DNA from: Octopus vulgaris
Taxonomy: Eukaryota
Assembly: GCA_951406725.2 (NCBI GenBank)
Contig: OX597815.1
Coordinates: forward strand, 197,904,001 to 197,968,000
DNA length: 64,000 nt
Direction of reading: 5' to 3'
Part shown: positions 42,947-56,425 of the stretch, piece after piece
Numbering within the stretch: the stretch's first letter is position 1
How the letters are laid out: each line of letters starts with the position of its first letter
The notes under the pieces: model-generated
Databases searched by the model: none
Told to the model about the DNA's origin: nothing
What the model saw: only the letters and a program-made list of their open reading frames with translations
Translations under genes and position numbers: made by a program

Positions 42947-45900
42947 ATGGCTTCGCTTAACCTTGGTTGTTTAAATGTGCGTGGTCTGAGTTCGAAGTGG
43001 AAGCAGGCTTGTTTCCTCGACGACCTCAGATCACATGATATACATGTGATGGTTGCTACAGAGACCAAGCTGGACAGCCTACAAACCTTCTCGCCTCTCC
43101 TGAATGGCTACGAGAAAATCATGTCTCCTGGCCAGACCGGAGGGCGAGGGGGCGTAGTGGTACTGATCCGTAAAGACTTGGCTCTACAGACAAGTACAGT
43201 CTATGTAGACCCAGAAGGTGGGCTGGTCGTCCTTGATGTGACATACAGCAGTAAGGCCTTCAGGTTGATCGGACTCTATGCACCTTGTGCTAGAGGTTTC
43301 CAAACTGATTTTTATCGGCGCCTAGAGGGCTTTCTCGTGACGTCGAAGACTTTAGTGATATTAGGGGACTTTAATGCTATCGTTGACGTACACATCGATA
43401 GCGTTGGCTCGATCTATAGGAAAGTGAACTCACGTCTCGTGGATCTGCTTAAGCGGTTTCAGCTAGCAGATCGTTACAGACTTGACCATCCGAAAGTCCC
43501 AGAGTGGACCTGGATGAGTGGCGACGGAAGGTTCAAGTCTTATCTAGACAGGATAGTGATAAGAACTAGAGATAAGTCTAGTTTTATTTGTCCACAGCTC
43601 GTCCAGGTGCCCTATACTGACCATAGAATGGTCATGTGTAGACTGGACATAGATAGCACACTTAAGATAGGAACCGGCTACTGGAAGCTGAAAAAGTCTA
43701 TTTTGACACGCGAGGCATACCGTAGCCGGATTAAGGTGTTAGTGCAGAGGGCGTTAAAGGAGCCGTGGTTAATAACCGGTGGTGGTTCACCCTCAAAAGA
43801 GCCATTCGATTCGAGTCCATTAGATTTAGTAAACAACTAAGACTAGATAGGGCTAGAATTGAAGGGCAACTAGTTAAGAACTTAGAGGAGGCGTTGAGGT
43901 TGGGCTCTGCATCTCACATTTTAGCGGCGAGAACGGCATTAGACCGTCACCTCAAAACCAAACATGAGGGATGTAGAGTCCGGGCTAAAGTACGAGCATT
44001 GGTCCGTGAGGGAATTAATGTTGCCGGATGGGCCCGTACGATAGAAACACAGCGTCGAAACGATGCCACAATTGGGTCTCTTGTTGATGAAAACGGATGC
44101 ACGATCAAGAACCGGGACGAGATGTGTGAGGCACTTCACAAGCACTTCGCCGAGTTGTTCGGGAGGTGCGGGACACTGGATCATGGTGAGGCCCTTAGGG
44201 ACTTCCTGTCTGGTGGCCCGCGCCTCTCGACACGAGAGGCTGAGTGCTGTGAAGGGCCAATCACAGCCGAGGAAGTAATCGAGGTGTTGGGCAAGTGCTC
44301 CGGGGAGAAGTCGCCGGGTCTCGATGGTCTGCCCTATGAATTTTAAAGAAGTATGCCAGACTTGTTCGGGCACCTGCTGGCTAGCGTCTACGCCAACTGG
44401 CAGCAGAATGGGAGAATTCCCAAGTCTGCGAGCCGGGGGGCGGTGACGTTGATCAGGTAGGACCCGAACAAGGGGGACGAGATAGGGAACTTCAGGCCCA
44501 TAACTCTGTTAAACACAGAGTTAAAGATTCTGGCCAAGGTGCTAGCAAAAAGGTTGGCGCGGGTCATGGACAAACTTGTCGGGGAAGCGCAAACGTGCGC
44601 TATCCCCGGCAGAACGATCCACGACAATTTCCACCTTATACGCTACTCCTTAGAGAGGGTGGGGAAGCTTTCTGGCGCAGGGGGAGCACTGGTACATTTA
44701 GACCAGTCCAAAGCATTTGATAGGGTCGACCATCGGTACCTGGCGGCGGTCCTCGGAGAAGCTGGCCTAGGCCCGACCTTTCGAGGTTGGATCGCTGCTT
44801 TGTATAGCGACATCGAGTCTGTAGTCAAGGTGAACGGTTCCTTTTCGAAGCCGTTCAGGATCGAGCGTTCAGTTCGTCAAGGGTGTCCCCTGTCCTCGCT
44901 CCTATACGTATTGGCTCTTGAGCCTTTGCTGCGGAAGTTGGAGGCACTAGGGGGCGCGCCGCATGATCTATGGTGTGGAAGAGGAGCTACGCCGTATGCG
45001 GATGACACCTCCATCATCGTGGCAGACGAAGGCCAGCTTCCAGTGGTGGAAGAGGCCATCAAAAGCTACGAGGCGGTGGCAGGAGCAAAGATTAACAAGG
45101 AAAAGTCGGTCGGTTTGCAACTCGGCACCTGGAGGGGCAAGCCGATGCCGTTCAATAACGTCGTAGGACGTTGGACGGAAGGTCCTGTTAAGCTGCTCGG
45201 AGTCTGGTTCGGGCCAGACCTCCATATTGAGAAAAATTGGAGTGAGGTGGCCAACAAGGTGACCGCTCTAACCCAGACCTGGTCTGGGCGGGCGTTATCC
45301 CTGCTAGGGAAGGCGGAGGTGGTGCAGATGTTTATAGCATCAGTAATCACCTACCGTCTGACCGTGGTGCCTTGCCCCGATTTGTGGCTGAACAAGTTGG
45401 AGAGAATCCTTTTCCGATTTTTGTGGAAAGGAGGAAAGCCACTTGTAAAGCGCTCTGTCTGCTGCCAGAAACCCCTAAAGGGTGGGCTAGGGATGCCTTG
45501 GCTGAGGATGCGAAAACTCGCGTTAAGGTTGAGGCACCTCTGGCTTTACCTGGATGGAGAGCAGGTGTGGTCGCCGCACGTCCGGTTCTACCTTCCCCAG
45601 TTAACATCCCTAACGGACATCGGTGCATGGATCAAGCGGAGACCTAAACTGAGTGAATGGCATTTGGAGTGCCGTCAGGCGCTCCAGCTACTATCTCGGG
45701 TGGGCAACGCCGGCAACAGGAGTTCCACCACGGATCTCTATAGCGGGTTAGTGGAGATTAAGTCCGAAGACGCCTTGGGGGAGACCCTGGGCTACGATGA
45801 AAATCAGTTGGTCAACCTGTTCCGGAGGACGTTCGGGCCGGGGTATCTGGATAATTACCAGAAATCCCTGGCCTGGCAGTGTTTCCGTGCGGCTTTACCT

Positions 45901-46350
45901 GTTCGCGACAAGCTGTCAAGGCACGGTAGTGCCGTCTCGCCGACATGCCCGCGATGTGAGCAGGATAGGGAGACCGTCTTGCACGCATTCGTGGAGTGTC
46001 CGGAGTTATCGGGACTGATAGCTTTTGTTGAACAACTGTTGTCAGTGATGGGAAGAGTACAGCTATCAGCTGAGTCTATCATCGAGATTGTGCCGCCCCC
46101 GTTCCTTAACAGGGAAAGAAAGGCTTGTTTTTTCTGTGTAGTAGCCATACTGAAAGAAACAGTATGGAAGACGCGTACGAAAGGTATAGTGACAGGCACC
46201 TTTGTCTCCGGCCAGGGGTTGATTAACTTTTTAGTTACCACCTCAGTAGCAAAATCAGGCTGGAGAAGAGGTGTTTGTCACGAGATATGTTTGTGAAAAG
46301 ATGGAAGCCTGTGGCATACAAGATGGGTATGTTTGGCACCAGGTAAGTGT
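42947..46350 (+). pseudogene. Tx1 ORF2: APE endonuclease, reverse transcriptase and C-terminal zinc finger, disrupted
   Basis: LNVRGL, ETKL, LGDFN, SYLDRI, TDH (APE); KSPGLDGLP, DQSKAFDRVDH, VRQGCPLS, YADD (RT); KGGLG; CPRC...HAFVEC. Frameshifts near 43760 and 46235; in-frame stops at 44344 and 44458. Confidence 0.95.
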
Positions 46351-47532
46351 GACCGGATCAGAAAGTAAAGATTCTACCCGGATGGCTGGGTGTCCGTCCT
46401 TCGACATGATCATTAATATTTTTAAACATTGCCTTCGTAAAATTCATTGTTTATAATCTTGTCCGTAATTTCATTCGAAAATTATAACTGTGTTAAGCTA
46501 CTTCACCCTTTATATTTGTCTGTCCTTGTTTGTCCCCTCTTTGTAAATGCCTAAATGGCAAATTATATGAAATAAAGTAGCTTGCTAACCAATCACATTG
46601 TTCCGGGTACAGTCCCACTGCGTGGCATCTTGGGCGAGTGTCTTCTACTATGGCCCCGGGCCGACCAATGCCTTGTGAGTGGATTTGGTAGACGGAAACT
46701 GAAAGAAGCCTGTCGTATATATGTATATATATATATATGTTTGTGTGATTGTGTGTCTGTGTTTGTCCCCCTAGCATTGCTTGACAACCGATGCTGGTGT
46801 GTTTACGTCCCCGTCACTTTGCGGTTCGGCAGAAGAGACCGATATAATAAGTACTGGGCTTACAAAGAATAAGTCCCGGGGTCGATTTGCTCGACTAAAG
46901 GCGGTGCTCCAGCATGGCCGCAGTCAAATGACTGAAACAAGTAAAAGAGTAAAAGAGTATATACTTGTTATCTTTCTTTTAATCTGTACAATTACGTTTA
47001 TCTTCTTTTTTTATAATTATCTTCTATAGTCAGATATATTTTCTATTCGTTGGGCTCGTTCACTTGGTTTGTGCATCCATTACTTGCTTGTCAATTTTTG
47101 ACAGGCTAAAGGTCGATACCCTCTCATAGCTCATCAACTTTATGAGGCCACTATCTCCACTATATAATATCTTTATTTGTTTATGAGTGTGAGCGCTAAA
47201 TGCATTGCACTATTTCCCCTTTAGTTTTACTTAAAATATAATAATTTCGAAACAGAATTTTCAAGTGTAGTCGTACTATTACGCTGTTTTTTTTTTATAA
47301 TTCTGGCCTTTATAACTGTGATGCATCTTAAATGTTTTCATATTCTCTTAAGAATTTAAATGGGATATTGTTGTCTCATTCTTTCATTTCTTTGTCTCAA
47401 ACTAACATAACGTCATCAGTTTTAATTAATTTGCCTTTTCTAGCAGAAGTTTTGGCGCATGTGTCTAATCCAATTAGACAACAAGTATCTAATGGGAATA
47501 CATGACTGTAGAAAATAGTCATAAAATAATTG

Positions 47533-47535
<3 letters not shown>

Positions 47536-47603
<68 letters not shown>
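47536..47603. repeat. (AAT)n microsatellite
   Basis: Direct reading. Confidence 0.98.
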
Positions 47604-47605
<2 letters not shown>

Positions 47606-48469
47606 TGCTCCTTTGCTTCCTTCTCTTTCTCTCCCTCCTCATCGGCCTCCTCCTCATCATCATCATCGTTTCTGTACAAGGAAGTCAGCCGTTCGAAACA
47701 CTCATAGACTTTCTTCTTTTCGACTGTTCTTTTCTTTAAAAAAATGTTAACTGGACTGTACCGTTATTGATTTGTCCCTTCTGGACTAAAACTTTTAATA
47801 TTTTTTTCTAGAATTTTACAAATTTAAAAAATGAATAAGTCGAAAATAGATGGTTTGGATAACTTTGAAAAAATGACCACCCCGCTCAAAGATCATTCCC
47901 CAGTTTGCTGTTTCTATTTCTGCTGTGAATCCAGAATGTAGCCGTACAAAAATAAGGACCAATGACGTTGCTACGACTTCTATAGTGTCATCAGACAATC
48001 AACTGTAAACGTCACTAGATCTGCAATTTCCTTCACATCTACAAATATATCGCCACCAAAGACATCGAAACTAGCAGCATCACATATCTCAAAATTATAG
48101 TTACATACTCAAATCAACAGGATGTTTTACGCTTGTTTTTGTTTTCCACAAAGACTTGAGCTGCCAAAAGAAAATCATTTTTGAAAGGACTCAAAGAATA
48201 TAACGATAACTTGCGATATATCTATCCAAACTAATGTTGAGTCGGTAGGCTCGAAATATGTATTGGGCCTGTGGGGACGCAAAAAGTTTACTACAGGACA
48301 AAAACAATTTGGTTTTTCAAAAATTCATATTTGATTTTCGTCTAAATTTGAAAGGAGGAGTCGCTCAAAAATTGTAGTAAAAAATGAAGTGCTTATCCAT
48401 ATATTTTAAATTAAAAGACAATATATGCATGGTAGATTAGCCACTGGGAATAATTAGCTGGTAGATAGT

Positions 48470-49080
48470 GACAGCAAATGTGTACAGTAATGAAGATAAG
48501 AAAGCCATTAAAATTCAACAAATGCGCAAAGAGATCAGTTCTGAAGGAAGTACGGGTCTCTTAATCCAAATGAAGAAAAAGAAATGCTCACAACCAAATA
48601 GAACTACATAACTGATTCACTTTGAGAGTGAGGGTAGAGGAGCAGCGGACAAAGATGATACATTTGTAGATGGGTAGATTGGTCTTAGAATAAGTCTCCA
48701 CACGGTTACAAACGCGTCAGTTTGATATGCAGCTAGATACGGAGTATGCACCACAAGGTTTTCGACAGTACAATGATCATTAGCAGCAACAATGCTAATA
48801 CAATCGAAAGTAAGATCCAACGAAGCAACAACCTCCTCTTCCAAGAAGCAGGACACCAGAATGATACAAAGACAATGCAGGTCTCCAAGACAGAAAACTG
48901 CCTGATTCAGATCAATGTGGTATGTTCTACATTGAAGATGACAAATATTAGATTTAACCTGATAAAAGACGATGGGATGAAAGACAAAGGAGAGCAAAAA
49001 CAAATCATCGGTCACAAATAACTATCATTTCTTTATGGAGAAACTTCTAAGTTAGTACAATATAGAAACTAGAACAAAAA
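48470..49080 (+). pseudogene. Decayed DNA-transposon transposase (Sola2-like), second remnant
   Basis: Broken frames FNK/AQR...GSLNPNEEK and TNASV*YAARYGV resemble the region following the CKC motif in the same transposase type. Confidence 0.35.
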
Positions 49081-51167
49081 TGTTGGTTCTTTGAAAAGAA
49101 GTGACGAAGTCACAGTTGGAAAGAATAGAATTCTACGCCCAAGCAGGAGGAAGGGGATCATGAAGACTATGAATATTTTGGCGATGAAGCTTTTGGCAGT
49201 GATTATACAGTCGAGTTGTGAATTTTGTGTTTTGTTTTATTGTTAAAACGGCTCACACATTGTCTTGTACTGCTTGCGATTTTTGTTTCTTGATAATGAA
49301 TATCACCGTGGTAAACTTTGGGTTTCATATCTTCTATTTCGAAGAAAGAAAATAGCAGGCAATCTCCTAGTCTCAGTGTATTTCAGTTCGTTTATGACTA
49401 AAACTTTGCTCCAATGATCAAAACGGTTATCTTAAATATTAATTTTAGGATTTATGCTTGACGTTTTGCTAATGATTGAAAACCATTATTAATATTTCTG
49501 CTCTTGAACTTGTCCCCAAATGTGAAGTAAATTTTACAAGTATTTTCAATATTTTGTGTAAAAAACATTTCTTGTGCATGCATTTTAATACTAGGCCTAG
49601 TGTAGCTGTTTTTCATTTTGGTAATCTGTAAAGTTATGGTTTGAAATTAGATATTCTGCTGCATGAAGTAAGACACACATGCAACGTGTGACACACACCC
49701 ACGTTGTAGGTCTGCGTTTCACTCGTACGGCTCGTGCACCATTAATGTTATCATCATCATTATCATCATCATCATCATCATCATCATCACAATTTCTAGC
49801 TGCAGCAACAACAGCAACCGCGGTAGTAGTAGCTTCAGTGCGAAAGAAGTTACATTGAGTGGTTTTTACTTCCGTTATTCTGATTGATTTTTATCCGAAA
49901 GAGAAAAGATGATTTTTGATGCTTACAAGAAACGTATTGCTTTCACTTAGCTTTGTAGTGATACTTTTAAACATCACACACCCACTTGTAATATATTGTA
50001 CAGAAAATGAAATAGCTTGTATACAAAATAAAAGGTTTCCTGACAAGATAGAAGACCATCGAAGCATATTTGCAAATTATTGAAAGAAAGAAATATTGGA
50101 ATATTTACGACGGCAAACTTCACAAGCTCATCATACGAAGCGCTAGAGGACAATGAAATAAATAGAAATATTTATACATTTTAATATGAAGGGAAGTGGT
50201 TTATAGCCTCGTGGACTTGTAAAGTAGGAGATACAAATGGAATCTTTTAAGCATTTTTCTGCCATCTTTAGCAAATGTGTTCCGTAATGGTGTTTATAAA
50301 TTGCAAGAATAATAGTAAACTCTATAACAACATTCGCAATTGCCCTTAACTGCCAAACATTACAGCGGCGATAAATTGGAACGAATTATATAAGAGTTAT
50401 AAATAGAAAAGTCGAGGCGAATACGTCAGTCAGAATGTACTGACCTGGTGGATGTATTTCTAGAAACAAATTTCGAAAGAAAAAAATGCACGGACAATAG
50501 GATATTTAAAATAAAATTCGTTAATACTTTAATGAAAATTTATGCATGACAGTGCGTGCTTCGCAATGATTGATCGAAGAAGAAGGAGGAAGTGAGAAAT
50601 TTAGAGAGACAGAAAGATATATATAAAGAGAGTGAAAGAGAGAGAGAAAGGAAAGGAAAGGTAGTAAAAATTACGGGAAATGTGGTTGTATATGTGTGCG
50701 TGTAATTTTGGAATTGCGTCTCTATGTATTTATAAAGGAAAAAATGTGATGCTGGGAAAATCTGGAGTAAATGTATTGTCCTCTGCACAAAAGTGTTAAC
50801 CCCTTTTTTTACTGTGATGACAAAGGTATATTATGAGTAGAAACGCGTAGAGCAACACACACACACACATACGCGTGAATGTGTATACACCACGGACTCT
50901 CCCGTCGCTAGAGGACATATGAGGATTCTTGGCGAACAACCACACAGATAATTTGTTTATAGAGATCACATGTTTGTGTTCTCATTAGCTCATTTCCTCC
51001 ATCAGGTCGATATTACCTGTATAGGTGCACCGCGTTTGTTTTTCATAAATTCATATTTGGTTTGTGCCTAGATTTGAAAGGCGGTGTCACTCAACAATTG
51101 TAATTAAAAATGAGTACGTATGTATATAGATTACATATATACATAGGTATGTGTGTGTACGTATGTA

Positions 51168-51366
51168 TGACCTCGTGAGTACCACCATCGATTTTTTCCC
51201 TCTGTCTTCCCTTCTCGGGATCTTTCCTTCTCCTATGTTCCCGACGAAGAGCTCCGCTCGAAACGTTAAACCCTCCTTCTTCCCTTCTTTCCTGAGCGTC
51301 CAATAATACTTTATTTGTTCCACGTCCTTGCGTTGCTGTGTTTTTTTTGTGTTTTCTTGTTTGGAT

Positions 51367-51370
<4 letters not shown>
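51168..51370 (+). mobile_element. Penelope-like pLTR-type short element with hammerhead-like motif
   Basis: GTTC-CCGACGA-A-GAGC(TCC)GCTC-GAAA-CG-TT-AAAC at 51237-51271; 3' end abuts (TA)n; a similar 3' end lies at 24160-24211. Confidence 0.65.
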
Positions 51371-51407
<37 letters not shown>

Positions 51408-51619
51408 GTATGTATGTATATGTAAACATACATACAATGAGAGAGACATGCGTTTAGACAAATAATTAGAAATAGATTAAAACATATGTATGCATATGTG
51501 TACATATACAGGCGAAGAAACTGTTTTCCTCTTTTGTTAGGCTAATATGTAGATATACGACTTTAATGTTTTCTTTTCTTATTTGTATTTGTTTTATGAG
51601 ATTTATATCTGTTGAGAAA

Positions 51620-51723
51620 GAGTGTAGCTCTGGAACAAGAAATTTGCTTCCGAAACATATAGTTCTGCACTCTGTTAGACCTGTGGCAGGCAGCCCAGGC
51701 AGGTGTCTTCTACCATGTTTGTT

Positions 51724-51796
<73 letters not shown>

Positions 51797-51980
51797 GTGT
51801 GTGTGTGTGAGTCTGCTTTGTGTCTTTTTGCTCGTAAGTCTCAACTTGACACCTGGATTTGCATTTGTTTTTGCGTAGTGTTTCGGTAAAAGGTGAAATA
51901 AATACCATTCTTTATAAATAAGTACTAGGGCTGCCTCTGCCATACCCCAGCAAAGGCGCAGTCTAATGACAGAAACAAAT
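51620..51980 (+). mobile_element. SINE family B, degenerate, with (TG)n
   Basis: CCCAGGCAGGTGTCTTCTACCAT, ATAAGTACTAGG and GCAGTCTAATGACAGAAACAA remnants. Confidence 0.55.
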
Positions 51981-52555
51981 TTAAGTGTAAGATCTAAAAT
52001 GTATAAAATAGATGCATTTCTTAGTAATAACGATTGTTGACAGCCATATTTGTTGATGATCCGTCATATATCAGCGTATAATTTTCTCGGAGAAAAATCA
52101 CGAAGGTCATGTTACGTACCAAATTCGTTTGAAAGCCGGTAGAATTCCTGATAATTCATTCATCATTAATTTTAAAGAAATACATGCTTTTATAGAAAGA
52201 AGTAAAAAAGAAAATAATATCATTAATTGAAATTAATATTTTTCTGCATTCCATCTTGTAACTAGATTCATGTTCACAGCAATGGCGAACGTCATTAATA
52301 TCTATTTAAGAGAAGTAGTGTTACATAGCAATATCAATATAATCAGTCGTAGATATCATTTGAAATGTATTCAGTTCAGTAATCGAATTTCAAATAGTTT
52401 GTTCTCACACACAAACACACAAACACACTTTCATACTTACACATATAGAAACGGCCATCTGTATATATATATATATATATATATATAGAGACTTAGACAT
52501 ACATACATACCTAATGAATACATGCATGCACGGATTGATAGATGCAACAGATAGG

Positions 52556-52621
<66 letters not shown>

Positions 52622-52815
52622 ATGTCTGCCTATCTGTCTATATGTATGTATGCATCTATGTATTCATTAGGTATGTATGTATGTCTGAGTTTATACCCTG
52701 ACACGAGATATTGCCAAAACAATGCAAGCGTGTGTATAACATTACATTAGTCGGCATACATGCTTCAAATTTCATATTTGTACACTGTCTCTTCTTATAT
52801 GATAAATCTTTTCCT

Positions 52816-52852
<37 letters not shown>

Positions 52853-55800
52853 ATAGGTAAATAACGGGTTCCAGTCAAACGCAACTTGCTGCTATTGAGA
52901 TCGTGTGAGGAACATATATGTAGGCTGACTGACAATAACAGAAATCTGCAGGTTCCATTCAACGAGGACACCATTCTCAATCGCATTTACAAAGAAAGAG
53001 GGTAAATTTTCAAGACTGGTCCGAGGTATGGATGTTAAATAACGCAGTGGAAAATTTCCATACACTCGCATATACTTACTCTCTCTTCCTCTATAAAACT
53101 GTATATCTATCTCAAACTCTCTATTTCTCCCACTCACTTTCTCGCTGTCTCTCTTGGTGCACAAATACACAACAGACACATATACATATAAATGTGTGTA
53201 TGTCTGCGTATATTGAGAAATATTCTGTAATGCATGCATACGTAGATATTTCACAAATTTCCAATGTATTCAGTGTACGTTAGCAGCCAATGTGTGACTA
53301 ATTATTATAGCAAACAGTTATTTCTATTTCTTGTAATTATACGATCAGTTGATATATACACTTCTGTGGGATTTTTTTCTTAAATACTTAATGAATATAC
53401 ATAATAATATAATTATGGAAATCACATCTTACTGCAATTTTAATATATTTATATACGCGTTGCTTTCATCACATAAATTGTGATCATATATTAAGATATC
53501 AGAAAACAATCAACGCACTTAATAATTATTCTACGATGCATATGGCATTTTTTATCTTTGCGCTCATATTATGAATATCGTAACCGATCATATGTGTATA
53601 CGGAAATTAATACATATAAACCTGTAAACTGTAAATTATTGTGTTATACGTGTTTCGAGATATCAAACGTAAAATATTTTGAAAAACTATCCACATTTGG
53701 TAATATATGACATATACAAAAGAAAGCGAATAAATTCCTTCCTTAGGACACTGATGTCTTATAATGCTTCAACTGATTCTCAGGGAAGAATTAGACTCAG
53801 TGGATGATAATTTCAATTAACAGCTTCATGAAAAAAGTTTAAACTGGCATTTAGTAATTCCATAGTAATATGTTATTTGAAAATTTCACAAAAGAAAAAA
53901 ATGTGTCTATGCTGTATTTAAAATCCACTTCAGTGTGTCTTAAATGCGAAGAATGAAAATTATGGATCTATCAGGATTGCTAACCAAAATTATGCTTTTG
54001 ATATATTACTTTCTAATTTAATCACCTGCCATTTTGTAACTGAACACCACTTAATTATCCAGCTTCATTGTATAAACTTTTTTCAGAGATTTAGTTCATG
54101 GATCTGAAGACGTCTACTGCAGATACACGCATATCCATTCAGACCTATCCTATGATAGTAATGTGATATGATTTCAAAATACAAAAGTACACTGGATGTG
54201 TGCAATGAATACAAAATATACCAGGCATTTCAAATGGAAAGAAACACTTGCATTTACACTCTATTTATCAGCTTTCGAGAATAATAATTGGTTCTCTTAC
54301 AATTCCCAAATGTTTTCCATTTAGAGTTTGATTTTCATATCTAAGAATTAGAACTTTATGATGCGGTATTAGTCCAATACACTTTATATAATGTTTATAC
54401 ACTGCAGCCCTAAAACGGTAAATCGTATTTTAAATTTTAACTGTATTTTCTTAATTCTATATTAATACAAGTAGCTCTACGAAGTTTCTTTTCTACTCAA
54501 TGTTTACTATGTATTTTAATATTCTATATTTTGTCATGGCGTATCAAATTTATACAGAACATATTCACGATATATATTAATATAAACTCCATTATGTGAA
54601 GAATATAATTTTCCTATATCATCGTCACCAATAATGAACATGCAAACAAAACAAAAGCTGCAAACACCAATGCATTTATCCTATACTGTTTGCAATACCC
54701 GATAATAGTATGAACAACGCCAGTATGAAAAGTAATTATTAATTGAAATTACGGTTTGAATCTAATTTGACTTTTGGAAATCATCCAAAATTTTTCTGAG
54801 GATTCGACGACTTGTAACTGCGAAAATTCTTGGCAAGAAATTGTTGTTTTGAGTGATTTTGAATCTATTCTATAGTTTCTGACATTGCTTTCTTTCATTT
54901 ATTACTTTACCGCTTATGATTTCCGATTTCTATCAGGGGAGGCCGTTTAGTTACCATGTAATATCAAGACGTTGAATAATAATGTGCATTTATTTTGAAT
55001 CTCAACAATTGTTTATGCTTTCGGATTATTCCTTGATCTAAACTTCCTGCGATATTCTGCCTCATTTGAGATTCCATCTTACTTCTGAGTTTAGGCATTT
55101 CTGATTTTAATGTTAATTAGATGTGTCTAGATTTTGTTCTGTTTAAATAGATATAATGTGTCTAACTCCTATTTGCCAGATATCAACAAAAATAAAGTAT
55201 TTACATTCTTATTCAAGACTCAGATAACCGTTATTTTATTCAATTTTTTTTGTTATTTCTTTTGATTGACTGTTGCCTGTAAAAGATATAACTTAGTATT
55301 TCTGTTGTCAAAAGCAAGACGATCAAAATTAGTTAACACATCATCAATGCACTAACCGAATGCGTAGCTGCTATGTAAGCAGCAAACATCAGCTTCAAGA
55401 ACTCAAGAAGCAATTCATATTCCCGAGAAAGAACTCATTTACTAGGACCCGAGAATAATAGTTCATTTACTTGATGTGATGTGAGCAAGACACTAAAATG
55501 GTCCTTAAGGAGACGATATTTCTTATTTCGTCACCGGAAGAGCATAGAAAAATGTCTGCGTATTCTTATTAAACACAAAAAACAATGTGCTATAATATTT
55601 GATGATATTTTATCTCTTCTGAGGCAGGTTGCGTTACGAGAACGTTATTTAATTAATGAAGAAGCATCAAAATTATAATTATTCACATTAGGAAAACCAT
55701 CTAAGTGCTAAGCTGATCATAACTGTTCCATAAGCAGATGTTCTGCGTATAAAGTTGCTCACATTTTTTCTAACGATTTCTACAGCGCGCCTAACTTGAT

Positions 55801-56141
55801 TTCTACAGATATTATTCTAAAGGTATTATTCCTGTTCTTATTGGATTAACGAATACGCAGCACAGATTAAGGAGTACATAGTATAAACGAATACACAGCA
55901 AAGAGCACATATATAAAAATTGCACTATCTAATGATATACATTCCTGATTTATAAGTCACCGATCTTTGGTATTTATTGGGGAACACGAGTATATACGTC
56001 TCATGGAAGCAACGCTAAAGAGACCACGAAAACAACCCATGTACCTCTCGAATATGTTTGAACCATTGTGAAATGGATAATATCGATCTAATTAGTTTTC
56101 TCCCCCTCTCTCTCTCTATATATATATAGACAGAGAGGGAG

Positions 56142-56329
56142 AGAGTGGTTGTATACTGTCAACTTAACGTGACAGTCCTGTAAGGGGGAATTTCCCGTGT
56201 CCTTCTATAAGGACACAGGAAATGTGTCAAGGCAGACAAGAAGCGTCGATGCTTCATAGGGCTAAACAGTGGTGTTGTAATTACCCCTTACATGACTGTC
56301 ACGTTAAGTTGACAGTATACAACCACTCT
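56142..56329. mobile_element. 188-bp foldback/MITE-like element with 51-bp inverted arms
   Basis: 56142-56192 versus 56279-56329 reverse complement, 2 mismatches; two internal hairpins. Confidence 0.85.
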
Positions 56330-56380
56330 TACGCTCCACCACCGTACATATCTCTATGAGATATTTAGAAATTTACTATT

Positions 56381-56425
<45 letters not shown>

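Larger units (their letters stand above)
41127..46574 (+). mobile_element. Full-length Tx1-clade (L1 group) non-LTR retrotransposon, inactivated
   Basis: 5' UTR, ORF1, ORF2 and 3' UTR ending near AATAAA; 16-bp TSD AAGTAGCTTGCTAACC at 41111-41126 / 46575-46590. Confidence 0.95.
41095..46957 (+). mobile_element. SINE family B split by the Tx1 insertion (41095-41126 plus 46575-46957)
   Basis: Joining the two halves at the TSD restores a complete family B copy. Confidence 0.93.

Noticed and set aside
47860-48010. Minus-strand VIGPYF mariner-like motif
   Set aside because: Single short motif with no supporting frame or TIR.
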